This document shows positions 13,890 through 64,000 of a stretch of 64,000 nt of DNA, piece by piece. The notes under the pieces were generated by a model, which was given only the letters and a program-made list of their open reading frames with translations, did no database searches and was not told the DNA's origin. The position numbers and the translations under genes are program-made. Source of the DNA: the human T2T-CHM13v2.0 reference genome, Homo sapiens; assembly GCF_009914755.1 (NCBI RefSeq), contig NC_060941.1, one strand, 5' to 3'. Each line of letters begins with the position of its first letter. The first letter of the stretch is position 1.

Positions 13890-14559
13890 ATCAGTAGATT
13901 GTGAAAAAACATAGTAACTTGGATGGAGGGCATTGAATGCTACCTCTGTGTAGTTTCTTGGCTAGTGTTTTGGCCTGTAAGTTCGTAAAACTGGTAGAAA
14001 ACCTAGGTTCTCAAGTTAGGACAACCCTCCTTCTGCAAGAAAAATGTAGAATGTCACTCTCAAGTCATACAAGAATACAAGTTCCCTGAGGGCAGAGACC
14101 TTATCTCTCTTATCCATGTTGGTATGTCCTGCTACTAGTAAGTATTTGTTTAGTTAACCAGTCATCATAAAGTACCGTAAGGATTTTACAAATGCTAGAT
14201 GATTTCTGGGAATGTGGTCAAAATTTAAATACTTTCAGCATACTTCTGTTTCCACATGTTTCCAACATGTGGAAGTTCCTAATAACTTCAAGAATAATTT
14301 TTGTGACTTAAGTACAAGTCTTTATGGCATGGTTTTAGCCTATCTTTCTTTCCTGAAACAGTTCCTATTTAACAGTGATGGTAAGTTCCGTTAAGAACAG
14401 GGACAGTGTTTCTTTTGTTCATTGCTGTGTCTCCCAAGCCCAGCCCATATTGGGTCCTCACAAGTATTTGCTGAGTGAACTTTTAGTGCAACTTATAGAA
14501 CCCTTTCTAATGTGTTTTTCTCTCTCTCCCACCAACCTTCTCAACCCTAGCCTCACAGC

Positions 14560-48852
<34,293 letters not shown>

Positions 48853-50225
48853 GGAGTGACCTTGTATTAAATAACTGCCTGCTGCTCAGAGATGATCTTT
48901 ATTCTGTCATTGGGGTATGGGATAGAAGCCCTTGCTTATTTTTAATCTGATGAATCTGTATAGAGCCCATCGTTGAGTTACCAAGACAATACCTGCTACA
49001 GTATTTTGGGGAGCAAACTAAAGACCAGAAGTTAAATTTTCACTTTAGACATTGGATGAATAGTATGAAGACAGTTTTTCAGTTGATTTGGATAAAACTA
49101 TTTTAGTGCATTGACAAGTGTAACTTCAACTTCATATAGAACCATTTTTCTTTCTGCTTTTATTGAAACTGAGTATTTTTCTTTGGCTAATGTGGATTTT
49201 TTATGGGGATATCTGTTAATTTTCAGGTTTTGAAAGACATTAACCTCGGAAGTTGTTTTTAAGAATTATTCTCATAATTCTTATTCTCATAATTTCTGTA
49301 ATCCACCTCAAGCTTCATAGTTATTTGGCATTGAAATAACACCCAGAGCATGATAGAAATGTTGTTACTCTTCCTCTCTCAAGGAGAAAGTAATTTTCCT
49401 GCAATACTTAATAATTGGCACCGTTGCTTTCTAAAGACTCCATGGTGCATTCAAGAGTATCCAACTTCAAGGGAATCTCTGCATTTCAATGAAAGGAGGA
49501 AGAGTGTGCTGATAAACCTACCAGCACCTATTGAGCAATGTCTATTATAGTAATTTTGCATACATTTTTATTTAAGGGAAAAAATATAGGTATTGTGAAA
49601 TATTTTGCTAATCTTATAGAAAAGGAAAAAATCCCGTTATTTAAAGGGAAAAGTAAATTTAACAGTTGCCTTTTTTCTTAATGTCAGGGCAGATCTTATT
49701 TTACAGTACAGTGGGGGAAATAGAAACATGTGAAAGGCAAAAGGCAGGCTCCTAAATTAATGTCAGTGAAGTTCAGGGTGGGCAAATGAGTGTGTGTGAG
49801 GTATAGGAAATGCTGATGACTTCTTTAATGCTTGAAGTCCGTTCACAGGTATCTAGCCCTAGAATGCCTAGAACAGGAAGAGGCAGCTGGTGTTCTGCAA
49901 AACTTGGACAGGGGCAAAGTTGCTGAAAAAGTTTTGGTTTAACCCGAAGATAAGTGGAAAAGAGCTTGTCCATGAACCCAGGTTCTCACTCTGTTTACAG
50001 AAGTGTGTTGAGTACAGTTGGTGAAGGAAGAGGTAACAAAAAATGCTAAATATTTTATCCATGAAAATGACTTCCAGAAAAGGAAGAATATGAACCCCAG
50101 ACCGAAGGGGAAAAGATAGTTAATAGTATTATCTAACCTGGTTGGTATTTGTAATGAATGGTGATTTTAATTAGTCATTAGCCATAATGATGTTTATTTA
50201 CAGTATAACTCCTGAATGCTACTTA

Positions 50226-50448
50226 AATAAACCAGGATTCAAACTGCAAGCCAGCCAGGCCGTTCATTATTTAAAACGTTTTAATCGGGGCTTCCGGGTA
50301 GAAGGTGGAGCGGCAGGGTGTAATTGGGTTGATGGGTGGGACCTGTCTTGACCATCGGAGTTTTATAATCGAGGGCCAGGAGGGCCCGGGTTGCTCTCCT
50401 GGTTATGTATGTACTTGTACATAACCACCTAAAGAATGGTGAAATAAA
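50226..50448 (+). terminator. NBR1: NBR1 polyadenylation signals
   Basis: AATAAA at 50226-50231 and 50443-50448; the latter is preceded by three TGTA motifs. Confidence 0.7.
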
Positions 50449-51180
50449 TGTTCTTGGAAATTCCTACCCGGACTGGCTAGTCCTTGCGGAAGCAGCGTCC
50501 GGGCCCTCGGGTAACGTTTGAAGAGCTGGCAGCGTCTCAGGCTGCTGCGTGGCGAAGGGGCGGACCGGGGGACGGGGGGGTGGGCCCTTAGGGGCTGGGG
50601 CGGGACTTCCCTGGGCACTGAGTCAAAGCTTGAGGGGAGTGTTCGCTCCCGCATTTTCGATTCCACTCTCTTCCGTTTCTGTCGCTGCAGTCGTCCGCGG
50701 GTAAGGCCCTCCCTAGACCCTTTATACCTACTTTACCTTTCGGAGGTCAAGACACCTCCTGTTGCCGCCTCCTCGCCCAACACACAGGCGCCCCCCGCAC
50801 GGGTACCAAGCTTGACTAACGGCCTCTAGGGGTGTGTGGTGGGACTTGAAATCCTCCCTTAATGAAGTCACACCTTCTCCGTCCGCTTCCACCCGGTCGG
50901 CCCATGGCAGAGCCCCCATGTAGCCCAGGAATCGGCTTGGCCCTTCGGGGAGGTCAGCGTCCTTACTATCCCCACTCTCCAGTGCGGCACATTCGTTCCC
51001 CTAGGACTCCGGCCGGTTGCCGGCCCCAGGCGGTGCTTCTCCCCACCACCGCCCAGCTCAGCTCAGCCCAGCCCAGCCCACTCTGCCCTTAGAGGCCCTT
51101 CTCCCCAAAGACGCACTCCAGAAGTCTCGCCCTCGTGCGGCTGAGGAGCCTGGGATCCCAGACCTGAACAAGGTGAGCAT
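50280..51180 (+). promoter_or_regulatory. TMEM106A: TMEM106A CpG-island promoter and non-coding exons (exon 1 ends 50700; exon 2 51005-51172)
   Basis: CpG-rich; donors gcgg|gtaagg at 50700 and caag|gtgagc at 51172; acceptor cctag at 51004. Confidence 0.75.
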
Positions 51181-51819
51181 CCCTATATTTTAGCCCAGAA
51201 AGATCTGTGTGGCTCACTTGCCGGCCTCGTTCTGTCACACAGAGTCCAGATTTAGCCTTGAGTTTTCCTAGTGAAAGACAGACCCTGGTATCACTATGAC
51301 CCTCCTCAGGCTTTCTTACCCCGCCTCAGAAAGCAGTGAGGTGTCTGCTTTCTCCCAGGGCTTCTTTAGATAGGGGTCTTAACCACACCTGTGACCAGTC
51401 TGGCCTCCTCTCTCCTTGATTCAAAGAATCTCTTTTCTGCCCTATCCAACTTCCTTCCCTTAAACTGAATGACAGCTCAGCAACTTTTCCAGAGAAAAAT
51501 TAAATGCTCTGACAATCACTTATGGAAGTTCCTTAAAGTGAAGTAACTTCTGCTTTTCTTTTGTTTTCCCTTTTGTAGGCAGATTGGTCTCTTTTAAAAT
51601 AATGAAAGGAGTCGAAATGCATTGAGACTTCTGAGAGTCCCATGTGACCACCCAGTTTTTCACATCCTGTCTTCCTTAGGCTTGAGCTTGCTTAAACTGT
51701 GGTGAAGCTCCTTGCCAGTCTTGAGAACTTCAAACCAAAATTACATCTGGCGTCAGTGCTAACAAGCTTAGCACTGAACTTTGGTCTTTTCTCATTAGTG
51801 AAACCCCCGCCCCTGAAGA

Positions 51820-56571
<4,752 letters not shown>

Positions 56572-56814
56572 CCTGTCTGCTGTCCCTGTACTCCAGGCAC
56601 CTGCAACCCTGGTCTATATCTCCCACAACTCCCTGGTGACTAAGGAAGGACTACAGAGGCTTTGCCAAAGGAGAAGCCCTGCCTCATCACACCCTTACCT
56701 CCCACCCCCTCAGCACAGGAAGCTTGCTTTGAAGTTAACTTCATACACACACACTCATATCCTCCAGTTTCCCCCAGATTCTTTCAGGGGCTGCCATCAG
56801 ATTCTGCCCTTGGT

Positions 56815-59161
<2,347 letters not shown>

Positions 59162-60210
59162 AGAAACTGTTTCCTTAATGTTCTAACGGGCAGCAAGGTT
59201 TCTTCCCCAGGCCTCTGAGCCACTGATGACATATCCTGCCCTTCTGTTTTCCGTGAGATTGCTCACAGGACCTCACTCTCCCTCTTGCTCCCATTGTGTA
59301 TCTCTAAAGTCTCTTCCAATTTTACTATTCCTGTTCTGTGCCACCACCATCCCGTTATCTTCCCCAGCTGCTCTCATCAGGAAATTTCGTGGGTTGCACT
59401 GAAACGGCCCCTTCAGACCAAAGGCAATGCTATGTAGGCTAAAATGAAATACGCAGCTGATGCCTCGGACGGGGCTTGTGATTGAGGTGACTGAGGCAGC
59501 CTTTCTCAGCATGGAGGAAGAAAGGCTTTCCCAGGGCTTGCACCTTCCTGAAGTCTAACACCCAGGGCCCCCAGCCCTACCCACTCCTTCACCTTGGGCT
59601 GGTGAACCTCTGGGTTGTCTCTGCTAGATGGAGAGGCTGAGAGCCAGGAAGGGAGAGGGCTGTGGGTTTTAGAAGGCAAGACTCCCTCCCCTTCCCAGGG
59701 TCAGGTGTCATGTTCCTGAGGCTATAGCCTCCGTTTCCTCCAAGCTCTTTCGCTCCATCCCTGCCTCCATTGTCCATTTGACAGCTGAGTGCCCACTGTA
59801 GGCCAGCCATTGCACTGGGCTTGGAGGTGGGGAGCATCACTGCCTGCCACCACTTTCTGCTGCTGCAGGCCTGCTCTGATGTGATGCGACCCCTCCTTCC
59901 CCAGGCTATATCTCAGTAAGCATGGGCTTGGGGGAATGGGTGATGGCTCCAGTGACAGTCATAAACTGAAGCCCCCCACAGACTTATCACTGCTGAATGA
60001 GGGCAGGTAGTGATAGTAGTAGGAGTTGCATACTTGGGGGGGACCCAAGACCCAGTTCTCCCATTGGCTTTGCCTAGAGAAGCATAAACTTGCCTTCCAC
60101 TCTCTTTCCACCCTCTCCATCCCCTTCGTGAGTCCTCCTGCCCTCTTCCTCTCATCCCTGTCTCATAAAGCTGTCCGGTCCCGTGATTCTTCCCAGGAAA
60201 AAAATTACAT

Positions 60211-60216
60211 TTTATT
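60211..60216 (-). terminator. CCDC200: Probable CCDC200 poly(A) signal
   Basis: tttatt on plus equals AATAAA on minus, about 125 nt after the stop codon. Confidence 0.6.
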
Positions 60217-60340
60217 CCTGGCAGCCTCCTCTTCTAGAGTGGGTGGCTTTTGGAGTGGAGATATTGCTGGATGCTGAGAAGATGTGGTTGCTCATCTGCA
60301 TTTTGGGGATGGCCATGGGGTCCTGGGTTCAATCTCTGGA

Positions 60341-63427
<3,087 letters not shown>

Positions 63428-63679
63428 TCAGGGAACAAGGCAAGTGAGTAGAGAAGTATAGGTGGCAGTGGTCTCTGTTCCCTAGAGCTGGAGGCTGAAA
63501 TTGGGCCTACGCTGTCTGCCTCACCCACTGTGACACCCAAGAACGATTTCTGGGTGGCACAGCCCCAGCCCAGGAAATAGCACTCTCTCTGAGCACCTGC
63601 TTCCTCACTTGAGAGCTCAGCACTGAAAGCAGTTTTTAGTGCTGGAGGATAAAGAGTAATTCCCTGCAAATGTCTTGTG

Positions 63680-64000
<321 letters not shown>

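Noticed and set aside
51052-51080. (CTCAG/CCCAG)n pentamers resembling Ig switch repeats
   Set aside because: Only about five units; ordinary low-complexity UTR sequence.

Overview
Human/primate genomic DNA matching chr17q21.31 just upstream of BRCA1; it is eukaryotic, so no CRISPR, rRNA or tRNA genes. Left to right: (1) a minus-strand, gag-less mosaic endogenous retrovirus (Harlequin/HERV-E type, LTR2, tRNA-Glu PBS) that integrated into an Alu and later received a tiny L1; (2) the BRCA1P1 pseudogene (exons 1a, 1b, 2; ATG changed to ATA) carrying an RPLP1 retrocopy in exon 1a; (3) a bidirectional CpG-island promoter; (4) the complete NBR1 gene (20 coding exons that sum to 2901 nt = 966 aa + stop); (5) TMEM106A (7 coding exons, 789 nt = 262 aa + stop); (6) the last three coding exons of CCDC200 on the minus strand. 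Introns are extremely Alu-rich, and most short ORFs in the track are Alu artefacts. The most interesting observations are an in-frame but nonsense-carrying hidden exon in NBR1 intron 16, a second candidate in-frame cassette exon in intron 10, an overlapping uORF across the NBR1 start codon, an open truncated-RPLP1 ORF inside BRCA1P1, a UBA-less NBR1 terminal exon and a probable L1 3' transduction. Gene and family names rest on my recognition of the sequences, not on a database search; repeat boundaries are approximate.
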